31,946 nucleotides of DNA. Source: Candidatus Iainarchaeum sp. (GTDB taxonomy: Archaea; Iainarchaeota; Iainarchaeia; Iainarchaeales; CSSED10-239). The notes beneath the pieces were generated by a model. The model saw only the letters and a list, made by a program, of their open reading frames with translations, was not told where the DNA came from and did not search any database. Positions 17,101-26,000 of this stretch are shown piece by piece. Position 1 is the stretch's first letter. Every line of letters starts with the position of its first letter. A program made the translations under genes and the position numbers. The DNA is taken from contig CALBUD010000049.1 in NCBI GenBank assembly GCA_937968065.1, forward strand, positions 1-31,946. Reading direction: 5' to 3'.

Positions 17101-17380
17101 TTAAATCACCAGATGACTTTTTATTTATTTTTTTAATAATTATTAATGATTTTGTTTTACTTATTTTTCTTGTTTCTCCACAAAGAACATAATCTCCAAC
17201 AGAAACTGAGATATCTTCAGGAACGTGAACAGCATACTTGCTTTTTTTTACAAGAGATCTTTCATATTTAGAAATGTATTTTGTGGTAACAACTTCTACT
17301 TGAGCAGTTTTTTTTGCTTTCATCTTTATAATTGTTCCTTCAATTAATTTTCCTCTAACACTTTTTTTCTTTTCTACCAT
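17087..17380 (-). CDS. rps17: ribosomal protein uS17
   Basis: Contains GKLIEGTIIKMKAKKTAQVEV...KYERSLVKKSKYAVHVP...GDYVLCGETRKISKTK. Confidence 0.9.
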   Translation of the reverse strand: MVEKKKSVRGKLIEGTIIKMKAKKTAQVEVVTTKYISKYERSLVKKSKYAVHVPEDISVSVGDYVLCGETRKISKTKSLIIIKKINKKSSGDLNEAN

Positions 17381-17386
17381 AATAAA

Positions 17387-17572
17387 TCACAATATTTTAA
17401 ATTTTAAAATTTCATTTTTTTTAAGTTTTATATTTTTTTTATCAGTTTTTAAAACAACAATGTTTTTTGTTTCATAAATTATAAGACCACTTAATTTTAT
17501 TTTTGTTTTATCAGAACTATTTTCAATAATTATGTTTTTTCCAATTAAGTCTAAATGCTTTAAATTATGCAT
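17387..17572 (-). CDS. rnp1: RNase P protein component 1 (Rpp29/Pop4-like), minimal 61-aa form
   Basis: The pattern LIGKNIIIENSSDKTKIKLSGLIIYETKNIVVLKTDKKNIKLKKNEILKF matches the Sm-like Rpp29 core (L-x-G-x-x-V-x-V...G-x-V-x-D-E-T-x-N-T...). It sits in the conserved slot between aIF1 and uS17. Confidence 0.65.
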   Translation of the reverse strand: MHNLKHLDLIGKNIIIENSSDKTKIKLSGLIIYETKNIVVLKTDKKNIKLKKNEILKFKIL

Positions 17573-17867
17573 CTATTAATTCCTCTTGATAGCCTTTTTC
17601 AATTAATAATTTTTTAACTTTATCTACTTGGTTTCCTTGAATTTCAACAACTTTTTCTTTTACAGTTCCACCACAAGCAAGTTTTTTTTTAAGATATTTT
17701 TCAACATCTTTTGCTTCAGAGACTGATTCAAAACCAGCAATTTTTATTGAAAATTTTTTGAATTTTTTTCTTACTAAAGATATTTTAATTTGTTGAGATT
17801 CTTTTGAAATTTCATTTAAATCAAAAATATCTTTTGAAAGATGACTTACAGAACTAATATCCTTCAT
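17565..17867 (-). CDS. translation initiation factor aIF1 (SUI1 family)
   Basis: Contains IKISLVRKKFKKFSIKIAGFES...LKKKLACGGTVKEKVVEIQGNQVDKVKKLLIEKGY. Confidence 0.88.
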   Translation of the reverse strand: MKDISSVSHLSKDIFDLNEISKESQQIKISLVRKKFKKFSIKIAGFESVSEAKDVEKYLKKKLACGGTVKEKVVEIQGNQVDKVKKLLIEKGYQEELIDA

Positions 17868-17885
17868 AATTATACAACATTCTCC

Positions 17886-18113
17886 TTATTTTTTTATTTT
17901 TACTTTTTTAATTTTATTTTTTTTTAAAATATCATTTTTTTTTGTTAAATGTCTTGCAATTTCTTTCTTAATTTCTTTCTTTTTAGAAGTATTATTTGAT
18001 TTTGTTTTAGAGGCAAGTAAACCTTTAAAATTTGCAAGTTCTAATTTTAATTGCATTATTTTAGTATCAAGTTCAGAAACCTCTGAAACATTTACTTTCT
18101 TTTTTTTAACCAT
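17886..18113 (-). CDS. rpl29: ribosomal protein uL29
   Basis: 75 aa, helical and basic. It sits directly after uS3. GTGAT lies before the ATG. Confidence 0.8.
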   Translation of the reverse strand: MVKKKKVNVSEVSELDTKIMQLKLELANFKGLLASKTKSNNTSKKKEIKKEIARHLTKKNDILKKNKIKKVKIKK

Positions 18114-18120
18114 ATAAAAA

Positions 18121-19092
18121 TCACATTTTTGTTTCTTTTTCTTTTTCTACAATAACATCTTCTTTGTTTAAAGAAACTTTATCTTCTTTTTTTGCAACAA
18201 CATCTTCTTTATTTAAAATTACTTTTTCATCTACTTTCTTTTTGTCTGCTTTCTTTTCGTCTACTTTCTTAACAACTTTTTTTTCTTTAACTTTACTTAC
18301 AATTGCTTTTTTAGAAGTTGGTTTTTTAATAGGTTCAACTTTTGTTTGCTCATCTGCAGATTTTATTAATTCAATTTTATTTGTAATCTTTTTTTCTTGA
18401 TTTTCTTTTTCAATAACTTTCTTATCAACATCTTCTTTAATATCTTCTTGTCTTTCTAAAAGTTCTTCTTCTTGTATTTTTAATTTATATCTCTTAGAAA
18501 ATTCTAAAACATCAATTTTATCTGAAAAAACAATATCAGGCTTTACAATTCTTAAAGTTATACCAATAGTTCCAAGACTTGGAAATGTAGTTTGTTTTTC
18601 AATTGCAACTAAACCTTTTTGATCTCCAGCTTTTTTCATATATCCAAAGAAAAATCTTGATTTTCTTTTTCTCTGTCCTTTTCCTGAAGTGTTTCCCTTT
18701 GCAATTATTTCAGCACCAATAGCACCAGCTTCTTTAATTTGTCTTAAAGCCCCATAAACAACACTTTTCCAAGAAATACCTTTTGAAATATTTGTTTGAA
18801 TAGTTTCCATTATAACTTTTGGATCTAAATTTTTATTTGGAATTTCTCCAATCTCAATATGAACTTTTGTTAAATCAAATTTCTTTTCAAGATCATCTGT
18901 TAAAGTTCTAATGTTACTTCCTTTTTTACCAATAACAAATCCTGGTTTTAAAGAATAAATAACCACTCTTGTGTTAAACACAGTTTTATTGATATCAACA
19001 TCTATAAATCCAGCACCAGAAAGTCTTTTCTTTAAGTAATTTGAAATTGCTATTTTTTTTAGCTTATCTTTAATAAAATAATTTTCTTTCAC
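18121..19092 (-). CDS. rps3: ribosomal protein uS3 with a roughly 125-aa Lys/Glu-rich C-terminal extension
   Basis: Contains the KH domain VIYSLKPGFVIGKKGSNIRTL and the core AIGAEIIAKG. The start is GTG at 19092, preceded by GGAGG. The tail contains two LNKEDV(V/I) repeats. Confidence 0.9.
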   Translation of the reverse strand: MKENYFIKDKLKKIAISNYLKKRLSGAGFIDVDINKTVFNTRVVIYSLKPGFVIGKKGSNIRTLTDDLEKKFDLTKVHIEIGEIPNKNLDPKVIMETIQTNISKGISWKSVVYGALRQIKEAGAIGAEIIAKGNTSGKGQRKRKSRFFFGYMKKAGDQKGLVAIEKQTTFPSLGTIGITLRIVKPDIVFSDKIDVLEFSKRYKLKIQEEELLERQEDIKEDVDKKVIEKENQEKKITNKIELIKSADEQTKVEPIKKPTSKKAIVSKVKEKKVVKKVDEKKADKKKVDEKVILNKEDVVAKKEDKVSLNKEDVIVEKEKETKM

Positions 19093-19095
19093 TAG

Positions 19096-19566
19096 TTATT
19101 CCTCCAGAACAATAACTTCTATATTTGTAGATTTTGATTCTCTTTGTTTACCACCAATTCTTCCTTGTGGTTGTGTTTTGCTTCTTGTAACACCTTTAAC
19201 TGCAAACATATGTATAATTTTTAATTTTTCAAGATCTAAATTTTTATTTTCAGCATTTGCTTTAACATCAAGTAAAAGCATTTTAATTTCTTTTGCAGCT
19301 TTAACAGGCCATCTTCCAGAAACAACATTTCTTCTAGAATCACCTTTTCTATGAGCTACTTTTTTATTGTATTTTACAAGCGGTAAAAAATCTTTTTTTT
19401 CAATAATATCATCACAAATTTTTATTGCTTTTGATAATGGTTTATTTTTAAAATAATTTGAAAACTCAACAGAATATTTTGTTGAAATTCCAACATTATT
19501 TTTACAAGATTTTGCAATTTTCTTTTCATTAATATTTTTTTGAAAATTATATTTTTTATCAGCCAT
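19096..19566 (-). CDS. rpl22: ribosomal protein uL22
   Basis: Contains ...HMFAVKGVTRSKTQPQGRIGGKQRESKSTNIEVIV. Position between uS19 and uS3. Confidence 0.9.
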   Translation of the reverse strand: MADKKYNFQKNINEKKIAKSCKNNVGISTKYSVEFSNYFKNKPLSKAIKICDDIIEKKDFLPLVKYNKKVAHRKGDSRRNVVSGRWPVKAAKEIKMLLLDVKANAENKNLDLEKLKIIHMFAVKGVTRSKTQPQGRIGGKQRESKSTNIEVIVLEE

Positions 19567-19580
19567 AAATATTCAGCATT

Positions 19581-19973
19581 TTACTTTCTTTCACTAATTG
19601 CAGTACTTGACTTAGTTGCACCAATACCTGCTTTTCCGTGTTTTAATCTTTTTCTTGTTAAAGCATACTCACCAAGATAATGCCCAAGCATTTCTTCCAT
19701 AATAACTACTGGTAAAAATTCTTTACCATTATAAACATTAATGGTTTTACTAACCATTTTTGGAGTAACTATTAAATCTCTTCTATGAGTTCTAATGTTT
19801 TTTCCAAATCTTTTACCTTTTTCAAATTTTTGATAAAAAGGGTAACTTTCATTTCTAAGTAAGTTTCTTCTTGCTCTTGATGGAACTAATTTTGCAAAAT
19901 CTCTTAAAGACATTGCTTGAAGTTCTTCTAAAGTCTTCCCTCTATACTTAAAACCGTAATATTCATCATCCAT
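19581..19973 (-). CDS. rps19: ribosomal protein uS19
   Basis: Contains [15 protein letters not shown]...[31 protein letters not shown]. Confidence 0.92.
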   Translation of the reverse strand: MDDEYYGFKYRGKTLEELQAMSLRDFAKLVPSRARRNLLRNESYPFYQKFEKGKRFGKNIRTHRRDLIVTPKMVSKTINVYNGKEFLPVVIMEEMLGHYLGEYALTRKRLKHGKAGIGATKSSTAISERK

Positions 19974-19986
19974 TTAAATTCAACTC

Positions 19987-20700
19987 TTACTTCTTTTTTC
20001 TACCAGTTCTCTTAGATGCTATAGCACCAACCTTTCTTCCAGATGGAGCATGTCTTGAGGTTGATTTAGAGTGTCCTACATGGTGTTGAAGTCCTCCGAA
20101 AGGATGATCTACAGCATTCATTGCAACACCTCTAAGTGTAGGATAAGGTCTGCTTTTTGCTTTCATTGCATAAAATTTATTTCCTGCTTTAACAAAAGGT
20201 TTATTAGGTCTACCAGCACCTGCAACAACACCAATTGTGGCTCTAACTGTTAATGGAAAATTCTTAATTTTGCCTGATGGAAGTTTTATTATTCCAACAC
20301 CTTCTTTTTTACTCATTAAGGTTGCTGATTGTCCACTAGCTCTTACAAATTTTCCACCATCTCCAAAATTCTTTTCAATATTATATATTTGAGTTCCAGG
20401 AGAAATATCTTCTAAAAATAAAACATTTCCAGGAGAGATTGGTGCATCTTTTCCAAAAATAACCCTATCTCCTGTCTTTATACTTTCAGAAGCAACTATA
20501 TAATCTTTACTTCCGTCTTCAAACAAAACTTCTGCAATAGGTGCTGTTCTTATAGGATCTGTAAACAAACTAACTATTTGACCTTTTAAAGTTTTATCTT
20601 TATCAAAATAATTATATCTTATGTTTATTTTAGCATTAATTGTTGCTCTATATTTTGGAGTTCCTTTTCCTCTTCTTTGAAGTCTTAGTCTTTTACCCAT
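19987..20700 (-). CDS. rpl2: ribosomal protein uL2
   Basis: Contains ...GVAMNAVDHPFGGLQHHVGHSKSTSRHAPSGRKVG. Confidence 0.94.
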   Translation of the reverse strand: MGKRLRLQRRGKGTPKYRATINAKINIRYNYFDKDKTLKGQIVSLFTDPIRTAPIAEVLFEDGSKDYIVASESIKTGDRVIFGKDAPISPGNVLFLEDISPGTQIYNIEKNFGDGGKFVRASGQSATLMSKKEGVGIIKLPSGKIKNFPLTVRATIGVVAGAGRPNKPFVKAGNKFYAMKAKSRPYPTLRGVAMNAVDHPFGGLQHHVGHSKSTSRHAPSGRKVGAIASKRTGRKKK

Positions 20701-20724
20701 AAAAAATTACCTTTTAATAATTAT

Positions 20725-21000
20725 TTATAAAATACCTAATTTATTTGCAACATCTTGTGCATTACTTGATTTATTTAAAGTTACAAGTGCTTTTTTTCTA
20801 TTTTTTCTATCAATCATTGTATTAATTGTTTTAACTTTAACACTATATAATTTTTCAACAGCTTCTTTAATTTCTCTTTTAGTTGATTTTTTATTAACAA
20901 TGAAGGTTAATCTATTTTGTGTTGAGATTAAATCAACTGCTTTTTCTGTGATTACAGGATATTCAACAACATCATAATATTCTAATGTTTTCTTTTTCAT
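20725..21000 (-). CDS. rpl23: ribosomal protein uL23
   Basis: Contains YPVITEKAVDLISTQNRLTFIVNKKSTKREIKEAVEKLYSVKV. GGTGAT lies before the ATG. Confidence 0.9.
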   Translation of the reverse strand: MKKKTLEYYDVVEYPVITEKAVDLISTQNRLTFIVNKKSTKREIKEAVEKLYSVKVKTINTMIDRKNRKKALVTLNKSSNAQDVANKLGIL

Positions 21001-21001
21001 T

Positions 21002-21817
21002 TTAAATCACCTTTGAAAATCTCTCCTGTAATTTTTGGATAGCGCTTTCTGAAAAAATTGTAAGTCTTCCTGCATGAGTTCCTGGCGCAAGTTCTTTTAT
21101 TGAGAGTTTTTCAGCATTAACAACATCAGCACCTTCTAAATTTTTAAAAATTTTATAATTTTTAGTATCACCTAAGATAAAAAGAATACTTTTCCTTCTT
21201 TTGTATCTTCTTCCTCTCATCTTTCCTTTACCAGCTCTATAAGTTTTATTATCTTTTGCTTTTTCAATATTTTCAAGAAGACCAATTTCTTTTAAAAAAT
21301 CATTTACTTCTTTTGTTTTTTGTAAAGTTTCTATATTATTTTCAATAACTAAAGGAAGAGATAACTTTTCAGATAAAATATTTCCTCTAGCATAAACAAT
21401 ACCAGGATTTGCGGTTGCAGAAATTGCACTTAATATTGCTTTTGTTCTTTCTTTATTATTTATTTTTTTAATAAGTATTTTTGCTATTTTTGGAGGATGT
21501 GCTTTTGGACCTCCAACAGCTTGAGAAACTCCAGCAACTCTTCCAGCCATTAAGATTCTTCTATTTTTCATTCTTGGAAGTCTTGCTCTTCCTGTGTTTA
21601 TAGAATTATCCATAGTGTTTTTCTTTCTAACACCCCTATATTCTGCAGTGTTTAATCTATTTGAATAAGGAGAGGGTGCTTTAGATTGATAGTCCTTACT
21701 TTGACTTGAAATCACAGCTTTTTTTATTAGATCTGGTCTGTAACTTTGCTTAAAGTATTCTGGAACTTCAATTTCTTTTATTGGTTTTCCTAAAAGATTA
21801 TAAACATTTGTTTTCAT
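21002..21817 (-). CDS. rpl4: ribosomal protein uL4
   Basis: Contains ...RAGKGKMRGRRYKRRKSILFIL...LAPGTHAGRLTIFSESA. I moved the start to ATG 21817 (MKTNVY); the track start is TTG. Confidence 0.9.
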   Translation of the reverse strand: MKTNVYNLLGKPIKEIEVPEYFKQSYRPDLIKKAVISSQSKDYQSKAPSPYSNRLNTAEYRGVRKKNTMDNSINTGRARLPRMKNRRILMAGRVAGVSQAVGGPKAHPPKIAKILIKKINNKERTKAILSAISATANPGIVYARGNILSEKLSLPLVIENNIETLQKTKEVNDFLKEIGLLENIEKAKDNKTYRAGKGKMRGRRYKRRKSILFILGDTKNYKIFKNLEGADVVNAEKLSIKELAPGTHAGRLTIFSESAIQKLQERFSKVI

Positions 21818-21828
21818 AACAATCAAAA

Positions 21829-22815
21829 TTATTTAGTAATTATATTTAAATCTGTTAAAGTTAATTTTGTTCTTGGTTTTCTATTAGATTTTCTTAAAGC
21901 TAAAACTCTTTTTGAAACTCCAGGTACACTTCCTGCAATTATTATAAATGGGTTTTTTACAATTCCATAGTTTTTAAATCCTGATTTTATATTTACTTTA
22001 TTAGGATCTTTTTCTATCATCAAAAGTTTTTTTACAAAAGAAGTTCTATTATGAAAACCATGTTGTCCTGCTCTTGGAACAGTGTGCATTATTGTTGCTG
22101 GATGCCAAGGACCAATTGACCCTACATGTCTTTGTATTTGTTGAGCTTTTGGTCTTTGTATTTTTATACCAAATCTTTTTACAGGACCTGTAAATCCATG
22201 TCCTTTAGTTATTGATTTAACATCTAAATTAGTGTCAATTTCAAAAGCTTCAGAAATAGAAATGGTTTTATTAATTTTTTCTTTAAAATAATTTATCTTA
22301 TCTTCAAAATTTCCAGAAAGCATAATTTCAACTAAAACAGGTTTTTTTTGTCCAATTGTTGTAAGCTTAGTATCAACATAGCATAAAAGAACTAAGTCGT
22401 CTGCTTTTTCTTTATTTTTTAAAAAATCTTCTAGATCTTTTTTCTTAGTTGATTTTTTTCCTTTAATTTTTTTTAGAAGAAGAGAATTAAAATTTAAATA
22501 TTCAGAAACAGTATTTTTTCCTGTAATTGGCTTGTTTTTCTTATAAAATCTTGCTCCTACAACTTTTAATTCAGGAGTTTCAACAACCGTTACTGGAACA
22601 ACAATTTCATGGCCATAAGAAGATGAGTTTTTATGAGCATCTTTTGCTGTTATTTGCATCATACCAACCTTAAGACCATAAAAAGAAATTGGTTTACAAA
22701 CAGTTAAATCGTTTTCAACACCATTATATGAATTAAACTTAGGAATTATTGATTTAGCTTTTACTCTTGGGTAAAAAGCCATAGATCCTTCTCTTGGTTT
22801 ATATTTTTTAGGCAT
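21829..22815 (-). CDS. rpl3: ribosomal protein uL3
   Basis: Contains PREGSMAFYPRVKA...KGHGFTGPVKRFGIKIQRPKAQQ...PRAGQHGFHNRT. It is the first gene of the array. Confidence 0.93.
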   Translation of the reverse strand: MPKKYKPREGSMAFYPRVKAKSIIPKFNSYNGVENDLTVCKPISFYGLKVGMMQITAKDAHKNSSSYGHEIVVPVTVVETPELKVVGARFYKKNKPITGKNTVSEYLNFNSLLLKKIKGKKSTKKKDLEDFLKNKEKADDLVLLCYVDTKLTTIGQKKPVLVEIMLSGNFEDKINYFKEKINKTISISEAFEIDTNLDVKSITKGHGFTGPVKRFGIKIQRPKAQQIQRHVGSIGPWHPATIMHTVPRAGQHGFHNRTSFVKKLLMIEKDPNKVNIKSGFKNYGIVKNPFIIIAGSVPGVSKRVLALRKSNRKPRTKLTLTDLNIITK

Positions 22816-22824
22816 AAAATTACA

Positions 22825-23001
22825 CTTTGCATTTTTTAAAATTTACATAAAGATAAGCCATTTATCTTTAAAGATGTTAGGGAGTTTTTAAAAAAAACAT
22901 ATAAAAGCTTTGCATTTATATGTTAACCAAATTTTTTAAAAATGGTTAAATCTAATCGTACTCTGTTAACACACAGTGTACAAAGCTTATAAAAATTTCG
23001 C
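22825..23001 (-). promoter_or_regulatory. candidate promoter and structured leader of the r-protein array
   Basis: On the minus strand, GCGAAA plus TTTTTATAA (22987-23001) resembles BRE/TATA, and AAAGCTTTTATATG (about 22900-22913) is a second candidate. There is a 9-bp perfect hairpin TAAAGATAA-GCCAT-TTATCTTTA at 22848-22870. There is a palindrome TTAACCA-N13-TGGTTAA at 22923-22949. CTTTGCATTT occurs twice (22825-22834 and 22908-22917). The 8-bp arms AAGCTTTG (22905-22912) and CAAAGCTT (22981-22988) are complementary. Confidence 0.35.
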
Positions 23002-23085
23002 TTATATAATATCTTATTGAACAGAAATATTTAAAAAGGGGTTTGTTTGTTCCTTAGTAAAAATAACTATTTTTTTTATATAACA

Positions 23086-26000
23086 TTAATTTTTAATATC
23101 TAGTGTTTCAAGTTCTTTTAAAGTTACTTGTTTTGTATTTATATCTTCTTCTTCAACTATAGATGTTTTTAGATCCAAATTTTCTTTTTTAACTACATTT
23201 TCTTCTACATTATCTGTAACTTTATCTTTCTTCTTTGAATAACGTCTTGAGATAAAATATATTAATAAAGCTATTAATAATATTAAGATGACAAATAAAA
23301 TAATATCTGAAGCTGTTTTAAAAGAAAAGAATCCTGTTAAAATACCAGGTTTATCAACTTCTTTTAAATTATATTCACCTTCTTTAATTATTTGATATGT
23401 ATCTAAATCATATATTTTATATTTTAGATTTGATAAATCATCATATTTTATTTTATAATTTTTAGAAACTTCAGTAAAAGCATCTACCCCAAATTCTAAA
23501 TCTCCTTGAATTTCAAAACTATTTACATCTTCAAAAGAAATTAAAAGATTTTTTTGTAAACTAGAAGAATTGTTTATAGTTAAAGTTAATAAAACTGTTT
23601 TATCTTCATCTAAAACATTTTCAATAACTGATGAGATTAAAAGTTCTTTTTCAACAATTCCTCTATCTATTAAAAAAGGTTCTTTTAAGATTAATCTTCC
23701 AAGGTTATATATCTCTATATATCCATTATATTCATTTAAATAACTATTGTCTGGTATAATTATTCCAAAATAAATGTTTTTAGTCATAGAGGGAGATAAT
23801 AAAAATTCATTTTTGTTTTCTGCTTCTGTAAATATATTTTTATTTAACATATTTTCAGATTTAACAAAAACAAAATCTTCTGGAAATCCAGAAAATTTAA
23901 CTTCAATTGTTTTGTTTTCAAAAGAAGTATTTTTTAAACTAAAATTACTTGTTATTCTTTTGTCATTTGAAGATATTTTTGAAACATATGTTGTAAAATA
24001 AATCTCTTGGTCTGAAGATGTCACTGGATAAAGATTTGTAAAATAAGAGATTGGCTCACAACCATTAAAAGTAACTGTATAAATTACATTTTTTGGATTT
24101 TTAATATTTAATAAATCTATTTGTTTTGAAAAATTATCATAACCAGATAAAGGTATTATTGGTTCTTGAATAACAGCACCAGTTGAAGTTACTTTTATAG
24201 AACCTGTTTTATTAGTTAGATTTTTAAAAGATATTTGTACAAAATCATTATCTAAAGAAATATATTTTGAATTTGGATAATTTAAAGTAAAATCACAAGA
24301 GTTTTCAAAAGAATATTGTTCAAAAGTAAAAAAACCTGATTTTGTATCTTTATAATCACAAGAAACTCCATTTGAAAATAAACCTTTTGCTAAAAGTTCA
24401 AAAGAACCAGGATTAGATGTTCCAACTCTAATTGTTCTTTGTGAATTTTTAGGTAAAAATAAAGATTTATCAATAATATTTATATTTGTGTTTCTTCTAT
24501 TTTCAAAAATAACATCATTTAATGAAAAATCTACAGAAGAATTATTATAAATGGTTATAAAATTTTCTCCATCTTTAAAATAAGAATCATTAAAACCTAT
24601 ATTTGAACAAATTGAATCTTTGTTTATTAAGATATTATAGTTAGTGTTAATTGCTGAATAAGAACAAAAATCACCATTTTCAAAATTACCTTGAATAGAT
24701 ATATTTCCAACAGAAGTTATATTTGATGGAATATTTGTTGTTCTTATATCAAAATTTAAAGAAGTATCTGATTTAGGGTAGATTGTATAATTTATAGGTT
24801 TTGGAAAAATATCTGTATAAAGAGTGTTATCTGTGTGATTTATTCCTGTTATTGTAAATTTTTTATTAGAATTATTAAAAATATAAAAACCATTTTCTTT
24901 TGAAAAATTAGTTTGTGTTTTTTCTTGTAAATTTAAATTTCTTGTAAAAATAGTTATATCTTTACATTCATTTGAAACAAAATTTTGAGAAGTTGGAGAT
25001 ACTCTTACAGTTATTGTTTCATTTATTCTACATCTTTTATCTTCTCTATTTTCTCTTTTTAAAAAACCTTCAACTCTTAAAGTTAAATTTTCTGTTTTTA
25101 AAAAATCAGTTTTTCCTGATCTTACATTAAAAGTTAATGATTTTTTAGAATCTTCATATATTCTAAAAATACTATTTCTTAAAGAAACATCTAAAATAGA
25201 ATTGCTTGGTTTATCTATTCTTATATTTTCAACTTCAAAATAATAATCTAAAGATTTGTTTAAAACATCTATTTCAAAAGATTTATTATCATTTGAAGAA
25301 ATATTAAAATAATTATTTGAAATTCTTAAATCACTACACTCTGCTGTATTTGGAAGATAACTATCATTTATTCTATATCTTACGTTATATACCTTTTCAC
25401 AAGTTAAATTTTCATATTTTCCAATAACTCTTATATCAAAAAAGTTAGTGTATGTTGAAGAAACAGTATCTGCAAATAAATCTATTTGTGCACTTCTTGT
25501 TTGATAAGGAGATATTGTAAAAGGATAAGAAATGTTTTCAATTTTAAGGTTTGTTGGGTTTATAGGGTTTGTTGTAACTGAAGTTATGTTTAGTGGTTTG
25601 TCTATAGTATTTATTATATACAAATTATAAAAATCTCTTTTATCTTCTGTTAAATAAATATCAGAAAATCCAGAAACATAAAAATCATCACAAGTCGGAA
25701 TATTTTGTGGAGGAGTTGGAGGAATCAGAGGAGTTGTTGAACCACCTGTTGTTCCTTGTGAATAAATATATGAACTTGTTGTTGTTTGATAAGTTCCATC
25801 TGATGATTGAAGATCTAAAACAACTTCATAAGATTGATAAGAAGGATCAAAATAAAACATAGGGTTATATGAATAAACATAGTTTGAATAAGGAGATAAA
25901 ATGAAAGAATGTGTTTGTATGTTATGAACAAAAATTCTTTGACCAAAAGGATTTATTCCATAAACTTTAGGTGACACAATTACATTTACAGGAGATGCAA

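Noticed and set aside
5882-20253. Other short plus-strand track ORFs (5882-6064, 7298-7492, 9684-9866, 10149-10364, 13343-13534, 14473-14670, 14570-14878, 18164-18400, 20071-20253)
   Set aside because: All lie fully inside, and antisense to, well-supported ribosomal or SecY genes. Their low-complexity hydrophobic translations are typical of shadow ORFs.
22816-23085. Possibility of a small ncRNA gene (for example a box C/D sRNA) in the relatively GC-richer spacer
   Set aside because: I found no RUGAUGA/CUGA box pairs on either strand and no tRNA-like fold. The hairpins are better explained as promoter, leader or operator elements of the uL3 operon.
23774-24001. Plus-strand 75-aa ORF inside the surface-protein gene
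   Set aside because: It is an antisense shadow ORF with no upstream initiation signal, and the minus-strand frame is open for 1032 codons.
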